DNA of 64,000 nucleotides from positions 6,633-70,632 of the forward strand of contig ONLT01000115.1 in assembly GCA_900318755.1 (NCBI GenBank), read 5' to 3'. The notes beneath the pieces were generated by a model. It saw only the letters and a program-made list of their open reading frames with translations, had not been told where the DNA came from and ran no database searches. Positions 27,504 through 36,753 of this stretch are shown piece after piece (position 1 is the first letter of the stretch; each line of letters opens with the position of its first letter). The DNA comes from an uncultured Eubacteriales bacterium (GTDB taxonomy: Bacteria > Bacillota > Clostridia > Lachnospirales > Lachnospiraceae). The translations under genes and the position numbers were made by a program.

Positions 27504-28796
27504 ATGAATATCCGTGAAGAGGCACAGAAAATGAAACTGGACGCGCCGGCGATGGCGTCGTCCTCCATCGAGATGAGAAATGCGGCGCTCCGGGCGGTCC
27601 GCGACGCGCTGACCGCCGGAAGCGGCGAAATTTTCGCGGCGAACGCAAAGGACATGGCGGCCGCGGACAAGGCGGGAATTTCCGATTCGATCAAAAAGAG
27701 ACTGAAATTTAATGAAGGAAAGCTGCGCGATGTGCTCGCCGGCATCGACGAGCTGATCCGTCTCCCGGATCCGCTGGGAAAAGTTCTTCTGGCGCGCGAG
27801 CTGGACGAGGGCCTGAGGCTGTACCGCGTCAGCGTGCCGATCGGCGTCATCGGCGTGATTTTCGAGGCGCGCCCGGACGCGCTGGTGCAGATTTCTTCAC
27901 TCTGCATCAAGAGCGGAAACTGCGCGATTCTGAAAGGGGGGAAGGAGACCTCCGAGACGAACCGCACCCTGTTCCGGATCATCTACAGTGCGGCGGCGGG
28001 AGCGGGGCTTCCGAAGGGATGCCTTCTGCAGGCGGAGCAGCACAACGAGATCGATGAGCTGCTTTCCTGCGACCGCGACGTGGATCTTCTGATCCCGCGC
28101 GGCTCCAATCAGTTTGTTCAGTATATTATGAATCACACGAAAATTCCGGTGATGGGCCACGCGGACGGAGTCTGTCATATTTATGTGGACCGGGCGGCGG
28201 ACCTTTCGATGGCGGTTCCGGTGATTCTCGATGCGAAAACCCAGTACCCGGCGGCGTGCAACGCGGTGGAGACGATTCTGATTGACCGGCCGGCCGCGGA
28301 TGTGTTTCTTCCGACCCTCGCGAAGGCGTTCAGTGACGCAGGGGTCACAATGCGGGGCACGAAGGAAGCCGCCGACGCCATCAAAACGTGCGGATACGAC
28401 TGCGGGGTGATGGCGGAAGATGAATTTCACAGGGAATATCTTGACCTGACGGTTTCCATCCGACTGGTGGACGGCGTGAAGGAAGCGGTCAGTCACATCA
28501 ACCGGTTCGGTTCCCACCACACGGATTCGATTCTGACCGAAGATGACGGCGCGGCGGAGTATTTTATGCAGATGGTGGATTCTGCGGGCGTCTACCGGAA
28601 CTGCTCGACGCGGTTCGCGGACGGCTACCGCTACGGCTTCGGTGCGGAGGTCGGAATCAGCACGGGAAAGCTGCACGCGCGGGGACCGGTCGGCCTGGAC
28701 GGTCTGGTTACGTATAAATATAAATTATTTGGCGAAGGCCATATCGTCGGCGATTACGCGGAAGGGAAGCGGCAGTTCCGTTTCCGGGATCTCTGA
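27504..28796 (+). CDS. proA: Gamma-glutamyl phosphate reductase
   Basis: VPIGVIGVIFEARP, IPRGS, ACNAVET, STRFADG..YGFGAEVGISTGKLHARGP. Confidence 0.97.
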   Translation: MNIREEAQKMKLDAPAMASSSIEMRNAALRAVRDALTAGSGEIFAANAKDMAAADKAGISDSIKKRLKFNEGKLRDVLAGIDELIRLPDPLGKVLLARELDEGLRLYRVSVPIGVIGVIFEARPDALVQISSLCIKSGNCAILKGGKETSETNRTLFRIIYSAAAGAGLPKGCLLQAEQHNEIDELLSCDRDVDLLIPRGSNQFVQYIMNHTKIPVMGHADGVCHIYVDRAADLSMAVPVILDAKTQYPAACNAVETILIDRPAADVFLPTLAKAFSDAGVTMRGTKEAADAIKTCGYDCGVMAEDEFHREYLDLTVSIRLVDGVKEAVSHINRFGSHHTDSILTEDDGAAEYFMQMVDSAGVYRNCSTRFADGYRYGFGAEVGISTGKLHARGPVGLDGLVTYKYKLFGEGHIVGDYAEGKRQFRFRDL

Positions 28797-29767
28797 TGCG
28801 CGCGTTCGATTACAAGAAGGAGCCGGAAAAGCTTCTGACGCCGGAGGTTGTGCGGCTGCTGACGGAGATGCACGAATATAAGGGAAAACAGTCGTTTCTT
28901 CTCAGTCTGCGGGGCGGCGATCTCGTCGCGATGCGGGACACGGCGCGAAGGGAGAGCGCGGAAACGGCCAGCGGCGGCCGGGAGCAGAGGTATCTCGCCT
29001 GTCTGGACCGGATCCGCGAGCACTTTAATGAAATTGCCATCACTCCGGAAGAGATCGCGTCTCTGCACGCGGAGCTCTGCCGGGGCGAGCCGGGAGCCGG
29101 CCGGTATAAAACGACGGATCAGGTGATCACCGAGATTGATCACTGGGGGAAACCGCGCGTGCGGTTTTATCCGATGGCGGCGTCTCAGACCGCGGAGGCG
29201 ATGGAAGCGCTTTGCGCGTCTTTTTCCCGCGCGCTGGACGACGGGGTATACGATCCGCTTATGCTGATTCCGGTGTTTGTCGTCGATTTCCTCAGCATCC
29301 ATCCGTTCACCGACGGAAACGGCAGGGTGAGCCGCCTTCTGCAGACGCTCCTTCTGTACCAGGCGGGCTATTACGTGAACGCGTACGTCAGCATGGAAAA
29401 GCTCATCGGAAATTCAAAAGAGCGCTATTTTCAGGCGCTCCAGTACAGCTCGATCTTCTGGAACGACGGGACGAACAATTACGAACCCTTCGTGCTGTAT
29501 TTTCTGGAAATTCTCGGAGAAGGCTGCCGGGAGTTCGAGATCCGCACCCATTACCTGTACGGTGACCGGAAATCGAAGCCCGAGCGGGTCCGCGAGGTGA
29601 TCGACCGGTGGCCCGGCGCGGTCACGAAGCGGGACATCATGGAACAGTGCCCGGACATCTCCCGTGTGACGGTGGAGCGCGCACTGACGGCGATGGTAAA
29701 GGAAGGGTATATCGGAAAGACGGGAGGCGGTCCGAAAACCGCCTACATCCGCAGGAGGCAGACATGA
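28796..29767 (+). CDS. Fic-domain protein with C-terminal wHTH
   Basis: HPFTDGNGRVSR; C-terminal ISRVTVERAL..M..EGYI. Confidence 0.92.
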   Translation: MRAFDYKKEPEKLLTPEVVRLLTEMHEYKGKQSFLLSLRGGDLVAMRDTARRESAETASGGREQRYLACLDRIREHFNEIAITPEEIASLHAELCRGEPGAGRYKTTDQVITEIDHWGKPRVRFYPMAASQTAEAMEALCASFSRALDDGVYDPLMLIPVFVVDFLSIHPFTDGNGRVSRLLQTLLLYQAGYYVNAYVSMEKLIGNSKERYFQALQYSSIFWNDGTNNYEPFVLYFLEILGEGCREFEIRTHYLYGDRKSKPERVREVIDRWPGAVTKRDIMEQCPDISRVTVERALTAMVKEGYIGKTGGGPKTAYIRRRQT

Positions 29768-30462
29768 AAATCACACATATTTATCACAGCGGATTCTGCG
29801 TCGAGATGGAGAGGACCGTGCTGATCTTCGACTGGTACCGGGGAGCGCTTCCGCCGCTTTCGAAGGACCGGCCTGTCTGCTGTTTTGTGTCGCACGGCCA
29901 CGGGGATCATTACGGCAGCTGCATCTGGAGTCTGCGCGATGAGTTTCCGGACGTGACGTACATTCTGGACCGGAACATCAGGGTCCCGGGTGCTGGGCTC
30001 TCGCGGCACCCGAAGCTGCCCCGCGCAAACATCCGGAAGGTGCGCCCGCACGAGGTGATCAACGCCGGGGAGCTCCGGATCGAGACGCTTCTTTCAACCG
30101 ATCAGGGCGTGGCATACGTCGTGGACACGGAGGGCGCCCGGATCTTCCACGCGGGCGATCTGAACATCTGGCACTGGCAGGACGAATCTGAGCGGGCGAA
30201 CCGATGGCAGGCGGATACGTACCGCGCCGAGCTGAAGAGAATCGCGGGGCACCACGTGGACGCCGCATTGATCCCGATCGATCCCCGGCTCGGCGCTCAC
30301 GCGGCCGACGGCCCGGCCATGTTCATGGAGATGATTCAGCCGGATTACGCCTTCGCGATGCATTACTGGAATCAGGCCGCGGAATCAAAAAAGGTGCTCG
30401 CCGATCCGAAGCTCGCACCTTTTTCCGACCGCATCCATTACGAAGAGGTTCTCGAAATCTGA
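29764..30462 (+). CDS. MBL-fold metallo-hydrolase
   Basis: HSGF, SHGHGDH, FHAGD, MHYW. Confidence 0.9.
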   Translation: MKITHIYHSGFCVEMERTVLIFDWYRGALPPLSKDRPVCCFVSHGHGDHYGSCIWSLRDEFPDVTYILDRNIRVPGAGLSRHPKLPRANIRKVRPHEVINAGELRIETLLSTDQGVAYVVDTEGARIFHAGDLNIWHWQDESERANRWQADTYRAELKRIAGHHVDAALIPIDPRLGAHAADGPAMFMEMIQPDYAFAMHYWNQAAESKKVLADPKLAPFSDRIHYEEVLEI

Positions 30463-30471
30463 CGCGCCGCA

Positions 30472-31845
30472 TCAAGGATCGGAGATTTCATCATCCGCGA
30501 ATTCTTCCCGGGCGCGCTCTTCGATCGTGAGATCTTTTTTCGGGGCGCGAAAGAAGAGAATCGATACTATGGCGGAGATCATCAGCAGGTAGGAGTACCA
30601 GCAGCACCCTACGACCTGAAACGGACTGCGCAGGTCCTTCAGAAGAGCGCAGGCGTAAAGAACCTGGGCGCCGTACGGGATGATGCCCTGAACAACGCAG
30701 GAAAAGATGTCGAGCAGAGAAGCGGAGCGCTTCGGGTCGACCCCGTATTTCCGGCTGAGATCGCGGGCGACCGGGGCGCTGATGATGATCGCCACGGTGT
30801 TGTTCGCGGTGGCAAAATCGGTCAGCGCGACCATCGCGGAGATGCCGGCTTCCGCCGAGCGGCGTCCGCGGATGACCCGGCTGACCTTCATCAGAATCCA
30901 GTCGAGGCCGCCGGCTTCGGTGACCATCGTCCCGAGTCCTCCCGTCACCATCGACAGGAGAAAAATTTCGAACATCCCGGTAAAGCCGTTATAGATGTTC
31001 TGCGCGAGGCCGAGCATACCGAAGCTGCCGTAGGCGAGCCCGATCGCGCCGGAAAAAAGAATGCCCCCGATGAGAACCGCAAAGACATTCATACCGGCAA
31101 GAGCAGCGATAAGGACGAACAGATACGGAAGAATCCGGATGAAATCCACCGGGTATTCCTGCACCGGCGGAACCGTCTCCGGTCTGGCGAAAATCAGGAG
31201 AAGCACGGTGGTGAGGACCGCGGGCGGGAGCGCGATCAGAAAGTTGGCGCGGAATTTATCCTTCATCTCGCAGCCCTGCGTTCTCGTCGCAGCGATTGTC
31301 GTGTCGGATATCATGGACAGGTTGTCCCCGAACATCGCGCCGCCGATCGTCGCGCCGACGACCAGGTAGACGTTCAGGCCGCCGGCCTGCGCCAGACCGA
31401 TGGTGATAGGCGTGACGGCGACAATGGTGCCGACGGACGTGCCGGTCGACACGGCGATAAAAGCGGAGATGACGAAGGCGCCGGCTGCCAGAAACTCCGG
31501 CGGGATCACGGACATCCCCATATTGACCGCGGCGTCAATGCCGCCCATCTCCTTTGAGACTTCGGTGAACGCGCCGGCGAAGAGGTAAATCATGCACATC
31601 GTCATGATGTTTTCGTCGCCGCATCCCTTCATGAACGTGGAAAGCTTCTCTTCCAGGGTGCCGCGGAACATGATAAATGCCGCGATGATGCCGACGAACG
31701 CCGCGATCGGCGTCGGGAGCTGGTAGAACGCCGAATCCACACCCTGAAGATCCAGCGCGATTCCGGTGCCGAGATAGACGCCGACGAAAATAATAAACGG
31801 GATCAGTGCGCTTCCTTTCGGTTCGCGCTTTTTTTGATTTTCCAT
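30472..31845 (-). CDS. NhaC-family transporter (Na+/H+ antiporter / MetT-like)
   Basis: GTSVGT, GGAMFGDNLSMISDTTIAATRTQG, ANNTVAII, IPYGAQ. Confidence 0.9.
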   Translation of the reverse strand: MENQKKREPKGSALIPFIIFVGVYLGTGIALDLQGVDSAFYQLPTPIAAFVGIIAAFIMFRGTLEEKLSTFMKGCGDENIMTMCMIYLFAGAFTEVSKEMGGIDAAVNMGMSVIPPEFLAAGAFVISAFIAVSTGTSVGTIVAVTPITIGLAQAGGLNVYLVVGATIGGAMFGDNLSMISDTTIAATRTQGCEMKDKFRANFLIALPPAVLTTVLLLIFARPETVPPVQEYPVDFIRILPYLFVLIAALAGMNVFAVLIGGILFSGAIGLAYGSFGMLGLAQNIYNGFTGMFEIFLLSMVTGGLGTMVTEAGGLDWILMKVSRVIRGRRSAEAGISAMVALTDFATANNTVAIIISAPVARDLSRKYGVDPKRSASLLDIFSCVVQGIIPYGAQVLYACALLKDLRSPFQVVGCCWYSYLLMISAIVSILFFRAPKKDLTIEERAREEFADDEISDP

Positions 31846-31914
31846 AACCTTCTCATTTTCCCCCTTTTCATGTTTGATAAAAGTGTACCATGTGTACAGA
31901 AAAACACAAAACAG

Positions 31915-31948
31915 AAAAAAAGAACTGTTGCGTTCCGGCAGCAGTTCC
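31915..31948 (-). terminator. Terminator of the VTT gene
   Basis: A-tract plus GAACTGTTGC-GTTCCG-GCAGCAGTTC hairpin. Confidence 0.6.
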
Positions 31949-32695
31949 TCAGCTGTTTTTGCTCTTCAGCTTATTTTCAATTCTCAGCGCCCAGTCCATG
32001 ATCCGGTTTCCCTCTTTCGAGACGACTACGAGCAGCAGGATCTGGATCGCGAGGGCTCCGATCATGAAGCCGATCTGTCCGTGCTTCAGAAAACCTCCGG
32101 CCAGACAGTTGAAAAAGATCTGAATCCAGCAGGTCGCCATGATCGCCTCAGTGAACCGGATGTTCCGGATCGATGATCGGGCGGCGATGTAAGGGATAAT
32201 TCCGTTCGGTATGATCGGAAGCAGATTCGCCACAGCCACAACCAGAGTCGGCCGGGTCGATTTCATTTTTTCGATCAGCTTCATCGAACTCTCGCGGTTC
32301 CGCTTTGAGGTGGGAAGCAGGTCGGTGATCTGGTCGCCGAGCTTCCGCGCGACGAAGAACACGAGGATGTTTCCGAAAACATATCCGAAATAACAGGCCA
32401 GGAACGCCCGGCTCCATCCGAAGATTACACCGGCTGCGATCTGGATCGCGAAGCCCGGGAAGAAAATGCTGATGACCTGCAGCGCGGACAGGATGAATGT
32501 ACTCAGAAGACCTTTCCATGCCCCGTTCTGCTTCAGATATTCTTCGACCGCGTCTTCCTTTCCGGAAAAAACGAGCTTAATCAGGTCGGTCAGAGTATCG
32601 CCGAAAAACAGCCAGAGCAGGAAGACGGCGAGAGCCAGGAGTGCGATGAACAGCACCAGCCTCCATATTTTCTTCGATTTTTCTTTTTTAGCCAT
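31949..32695 (-). CDS. TVP38/TMEM64 (VTT/DedA) family membrane protein
   Basis: LQVISIFFPG..IQIAAGVIFG, LLPIIPNGIIPYIAA; likely start MAKKEK at 32695. Confidence 0.8.
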   Translation of the reverse strand: MAKKEKSKKIWRLVLFIALLALAVFLLWLFFGDTLTDLIKLVFSGKEDAVEEYLKQNGAWKGLLSTFILSALQVISIFFPGFAIQIAAGVIFGWSRAFLACYFGYVFGNILVFFVARKLGDQITDLLPTSKRNRESSMKLIEKMKSTRPTLVVAVANLLPIIPNGIIPYIAARSSIRNIRFTEAIMATCWIQIFFNCLAGGFLKHGQIGFMIGALAIQILLLVVVSKEGNRIMDWALRIENKLKSKNS

Positions 32696-32841
32696 GAAAC
32701 TCTTTCTATCGCGGGCCGGCCCGGCGGCGTTTAACGGGTAACGAATAAGCGCAGGGATGTGGAAAAAAGATCCGTCGGTATTATATCGGACGGGCCATAA
32801 AAAGTCAACTTTGCGGATTTTCCGAATCCCCCTGCGTGCGG

Positions 32842-34263
32842 TTATATGTAAAGGAGAATCAGGCCCATCGCCAGCAGACACAGGCACATCGGAAGCATAT
32901 AGATCATCGCGCGGATCGGGTTCACCTTTTTGCCCAGCATGCCGCCGACGATTCCGGCCACGACGAAGGTGGTGAGATCGGCCGGCGGAAGCCCCTGACC
33001 GGCAGCAGCCAGGTTTGCTCCGGCGAGCGCCACCAGCGTCGGCTTCAGACCGATCGCCACCAGCGCCGGACCGAAGAAGGAAAATACGACGTTCTGCGCG
33101 GTGGACTGGGATCCGGTCAGCATGCCGATGAGCGCCATCGCCGCCGCGCCTCCGATGCGGAGCACGTTGGGGTTCAGCCCCTCCGCGAACTGCGTGACCG
33201 TGTCGATCTGGCCGCCCGCGTAGAAGCAGCCGAGCATGAACGCCGCGCAGAGCTGCAGATGGACGGTGATCTTTACGTTGGCGAAGCCCTTTTTGATGAC
33301 TCCCCCGATATCCTGCCGGACGCTCCTGAAGGCGCACATCGTGACGATTGTGACGAAAACGAGGGAGAGGACGATTCCGTTCGAAAGTCCTTTGATAATG
33401 GTGACCTGCGTCATCCATGTGTACAGGTCGGTGACGGTCCCGTCCGCGGACGTATGCCGGATGTTCCGCAGAAGCTCCGGAACGAGGTCGAACCGGACGG
33501 ACTCATTTCCGATGGTGCGGAACACGACGATGACGATCAGGAGCATCAGCGGAATCAGCGATTTCCAGTTCGACATCAGGATCCGGAATCCGGAACGCTT
33601 TTCGCCGGATTCGACGGCGCCGTCCTCTGTTATCGTAAGACGGGACGGACGGATGTAAACGCGCGTCACGAACAGAATCATCGCCACGATGATGATGCCG
33701 GTCGTCAGATATCCGAGGCGGAGAACCGGGTCCGGATCCGTGTTGACAAGGGACGAGGACAGGGCCATCGCCTGCGTGATCGGCGGCATGATGGAGCCCA
33801 TCGAGGCGCCCATGACGATAATGCAGCAGATCATCTCAGGCTCGAGTCCCATCGACGCCAGTGTCGTGACGGTCAGAACGCCGACGACGGTCGAGGCCGC
33901 GATCGCATCGCCCAGAAGAGAGCCGGCCAGAACAAGCACGAGAATGATGCAGGAAACCAGAGCCCGCGGGTGGCGGCCGAAGCGCGCCTTCAGCGCCGCC
34001 ATGATCGTGTCGATGACGCCGATGCGGACCTGCGTCTCCGCGTAGATGCTTCCGAAGATTGAAAGAAAGATCACCCACGCAAGACGGTCGATTCCGTCGA
34101 TGAACGCCGCGATCCATCCGGCTGGCGAAGAGACGCCTCCGAGGATCAGAGCGAGGATGCCGGTGATAATCAGTGCGGCCTGCACGTTCCCGCCGATTTT
34201 CGGCAGCTTCTTACATAAGATAATGAACAGCAGAACCGCGATGGGAATTAAGACGGTAATCAT
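32842..34263 (-). CDS. Ion-transporter-superfamily permease (DctM/TRAP-large-subunit-like)
   Basis: Many TM helices; GSLLGDAIAA, GASMGSIMPP, GMLTGSQ, QGLPP. Confidence 0.7.
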   Translation of the reverse strand: MITVLIPIAVLLFIILCKKLPKIGGNVQAALIITGILALILGGVSSPAGWIAAFIDGIDRLAWVIFLSIFGSIYAETQVRIGVIDTIMAALKARFGRHPRALVSCIILVLVLAGSLLGDAIAASTVVGVLTVTTLASMGLEPEMICCIIVMGASMGSIMPPITQAMALSSSLVNTDPDPVLRLGYLTTGIIIVAMILFVTRVYIRPSRLTITEDGAVESGEKRSGFRILMSNWKSLIPLMLLIVIVVFRTIGNESVRFDLVPELLRNIRHTSADGTVTDLYTWMTQVTIIKGLSNGIVLSLVFVTIVTMCAFRSVRQDIGGVIKKGFANVKITVHLQLCAAFMLGCFYAGGQIDTVTQFAEGLNPNVLRIGGAAAMALIGMLTGSQSTAQNVVFSFFGPALVAIGLKPTLVALAGANLAAAGQGLPPADLTTFVVAGIVGGMLGKKVNPIRAMIYMLPMCLCLLAMGLILLYI

Positions 34264-34426
34264 GAGTGCCCCCTTGAGCATAATCAGAAATTTTTGATAT
34301 TGGATTAATTTTAGTACATACGGGGCTTCTTTACAAGAATCGTTTCGTCTCCCGTTTCGTGTTTTCCGGCCGGATTTCCGGCCGGTCCCGGGCAGCCGGA
34401 TCCCGGCCGGTCAGGCGCTGCTTATC

Positions 34427-34455
34427 TTGATCTTTGTACGGCTGTGCGGTAAAAT
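34427..34455 (+). promoter_or_regulatory. Putative sigma-A promoter of dehydrogenase operon
   Basis: TTGATC-17bp-TAAAAT. Confidence 0.6.
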
Positions 34456-34507
34456 CAACAGCGTTGGAATCGCTTCATTTTATAAATGATGGTATGGGAG
34501 AAATTCA

Positions 34508-34852
34508 ATGCGAGTTGTAAAACATCCGATTCTGGATGATCTGGATCAATCAAAAAAAGTGACGATCTACTACAACGGCCGTCCGATTGAGGCGCTCGAG
34601 GGAGAGCCGGTCGCCTCGGCCCTGATCAACGCCGGGATCCGCTCGTTCCGTCTGACGCAGAAGCGCCACGAGCCGCGGGGGATTTTCTGCGCGATCGGCC
34701 GCTGCACGGACTGCAAGATGATTGTGGACGGCGTGGCCAATACGCGTACCTGCGTCACTCCCGTGCGGGAGGGGATGCGTGTCGAGACCCAGGACGGCGT
34801 CGGCCGTTTTACGAAGCCGGATAGCGGCGCAAAAGGAGAAGGCAGATCATGA
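34508..34852 (+). CDS. 2Fe-2S protein (HcnA / sarcosine oxidase alpha N-terminal-like)
   Basis: RGIFCAIGRCTDC...RTCVTPVREGM. Confidence 0.9.
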   Translation: MRVVKHPILDDLDQSKKVTIYYNGRPIEALEGEPVASALINAGIRSFRLTQKRHEPRGIFCAIGRCTDCKMIVDGVANTRTCVTPVREGMRVETQDGVGRFTKPDSGAKGEGRS

Positions 34853-35964
34853 AATACGTAAAAACGGATATCGCGATTGTGGGGGCGGGGTCCGCAGGCC
34901 TTTGCGCCGCGTATCAGGCGCGGAGCGCGGGGGCGGATGTGCTGGTCATCGATGAAAACCGCCGTCCCGGCGGACAGCTTTTTAAACAGCTTCATAAATT
35001 TTTCGGCTCCTCGGCTCACCGGGCGGGGACGCGCGGTTATGTGATCGGCCGCGAGCTGCTGGAACGCGTCGAGGAGTCCGGTGTGACGGTCTGGCTCGAC
35101 TCCGTTGTATACGGGATGGAGAAGGACCGGTCGTTGGGCGTCATCCACGGCGGGGAGAATTACGTCGTGCGGGCGAAGAAGGTCATCGTCGCCACCGGCG
35201 CGAAGGAAAATTACATGGCATTTCCCGGCTCGACGCTTCCGGGCGTCATGGGAGCGGGAGCCGCGCAGACCATGGCGAATATCAACCGCGTTCTTCCGGG
35301 AAAACGCATCGTCATGCTGGGATCGGGCAACGTCGGTCTGATCGTCTCATATCAGCTGATGCAGGCCGGCGCGGATGTACTGGCAATTGTCGAGGCTGCG
35401 CCGAAGATCGGCGGATACGGCGTGCACGCCGGAAAGATCCGCAGGGCGGGCGTTCCGATTCTTGTGAAGCATACGATCACGCGGGCGATCGGCGAGACCG
35501 GGGTTGAAAAGGTGGAGATCGCAGAAGTCGACGAGCGCTTCCGCCCGATCCCCGGAACAGAGCGGATCATTGAGGCCGACACGGTCTGTCTCGCGGTCGG
35601 GCTGAACCCGATGACCGAGCTTCTGTGGATGGCGGGCTGCAAATTCTGTTTTATCCCGGCGTTCGGCGGTCATGTGCCGATGCACGACGCGAACATGGAG
35701 ACGACGGTCCCGGGCCTCTATGTCGCCGGCGATGTGACGGGCGTCGAGGAGGCTTCCTCCGCCATGGAGGAGGGCAATCTCGCAGGAGTTTCCGCCGCGG
35801 CGTCCCTCGGGCTTCTGGATCCTGAGGAAGCGGGCCGCAGGCGCGGTGAGATCGTCTCCCGGCTGGATACGCTCCGGTCGGGCATGTTCGGCGAGAGGCG
35901 GCGGACCGCGAAGGCGAAGCAGCTTGAGGAGACGGCCGCCTATGAAGCAGGAAGGAGAGACTGA
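34849..35964 (+). CDS. FAD/NAD(P)-dependent oxidoreductase (HcnB/PdhA-like)
   Basis: GAGSAG, PGGQL, ATGA.E...FPG.TLPGV, GSGNVG, YVAGD. Confidence 0.9.
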   Translation: MKYVKTDIAIVGAGSAGLCAAYQARSAGADVLVIDENRRPGGQLFKQLHKFFGSSAHRAGTRGYVIGRELLERVEESGVTVWLDSVVYGMEKDRSLGVIHGGENYVVRAKKVIVATGAKENYMAFPGSTLPGVMGAGAAQTMANINRVLPGKRIVMLGSGNVGLIVSYQLMQAGADVLAIVEAAPKIGGYGVHAGKIRRAGVPILVKHTITRAIGETGVEKVEIAEVDERFRPIPGTERIIEADTVCLAVGLNPMTELLWMAGCKFCFIPAFGGHVPMHDANMETTVPGLYVAGDVTGVEEASSAMEEGNLAGVSAAASLGLLDPEEAGRRRGEIVSRLDTLRSGMFGERRRTAKAKQLEETAAYEAGRRD

Positions 35965-35966
35965 CG

Positions 35967-36485
35967 ATGGAAGGAATCATTTACACGGGCGTTCCGTCGA
36001 AGGAGGAGCTGGCGGCGGCGCCCGGCGTCCCGACGATGGAGCGCATGGAGAAGGGCCGCGTCGCATGCATCGAGTGCGTGCAGGAGATTCCCTGCAATCC
36101 GTGCGAGAGCATCTGCCGGTTCGGAGCGATCACGATCGGCGATCAGATCACAAATCTGCCGCGCCTGGACGGAGATAAATGCACGGGCTGCGGCCTGTGC
36201 GTGGCGAACTGTCCGGGTCTGGCGATCACGGTCATCAACCGCGCGTACTCCGCGGATGAGGCAGCCATCGATTTTCCGTTTGAGTACATTCCGCTTCCGG
36301 AACCGGGGGATACGGTGGACGCGGTCAACCGCGCCGGAGAGGTTGTGTGCAGGGGAAGAATTGTCCGGGTCACGAAGCTTCCGGCGTATGCGGGGACGGC
36401 TGTCATCAGCATGGCGGTTCCGAAGGAATTCTGTGACGAGGTCCGCAGCATGAAGCGGCTGCCGAGGGAGGATATGGATGAATAA
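35967..36485 (+). CDS. 4Fe-4S dicluster ferredoxin-like subunit (PdhF-like)
   Basis: CVQEIPCNPCESIC and CTGCGLCVANCP. Confidence 0.9.
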   Translation: MEGIIYTGVPSKEELAAAPGVPTMERMEKGRVACIECVQEIPCNPCESICRFGAITIGDQITNLPRLDGDKCTGCGLCVANCPGLAITVINRAYSADEAAIDFPFEYIPLPEPGDTVDAVNRAGEVVCRGRIVRVTKLPAYAGTAVISMAVPKEFCDEVRSMKRLPREDMDE

Positions 36486-36753
36486 CGAGGTCATCATCTG
36501 CCGGTGCCAGGAGGTGACCGAGCAGGAAATCATCGATGCGATCCGCGACGGGGCGACGACGGTCGACGGGGTGAAGCGCCGCACGCGCGCCTGCATGGGT
36601 CTCTGTCAGGGAAAGACGTGCGAGCGGCTGATCCAGCGGATTATCGCGCGGGAGACGGGAAAAAATCCGGCGGAGATTCTGCCGAACAACGCGCGGATGC
36701 CCGCGCGGCCCATCACGGTCGGACTGTTCCGCGATAAGGAGGACGAGAAATAA
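36478..36753 (+). CDS. BFD-like 2Fe-2S subunit (PdhX-like)
   Basis: ICRCQEVT...KRRTRACMGLCQGKTC...RMPARP. Confidence 0.9.
   Translation: MNNEVIICRCQEVTEQEIIDAIRDGATTVDGVKRRTRACMGLCQGKTCERLIQRIIARETGKNPAEILPNNARMPARPITVGLFRDKEDEK

Noticed and set aside
31846-31948. SAM or lysine riboswitch / T-box before the NhaC-family gene
   Set aside because: The intergenic region is about 100 nt, includes a terminator, and shows no aptamer consensus.
32696-33418. N-terminal extension of the 489-aa ORF 31949..33418
   Set aside because: It overlaps the permease in another frame; the VTT protein plausibly starts at 32695.
34363-34412. CCGGCCGG-rich short repeats
   Set aside because: CCGG words are abundant throughout this sequence and there is no regular period.
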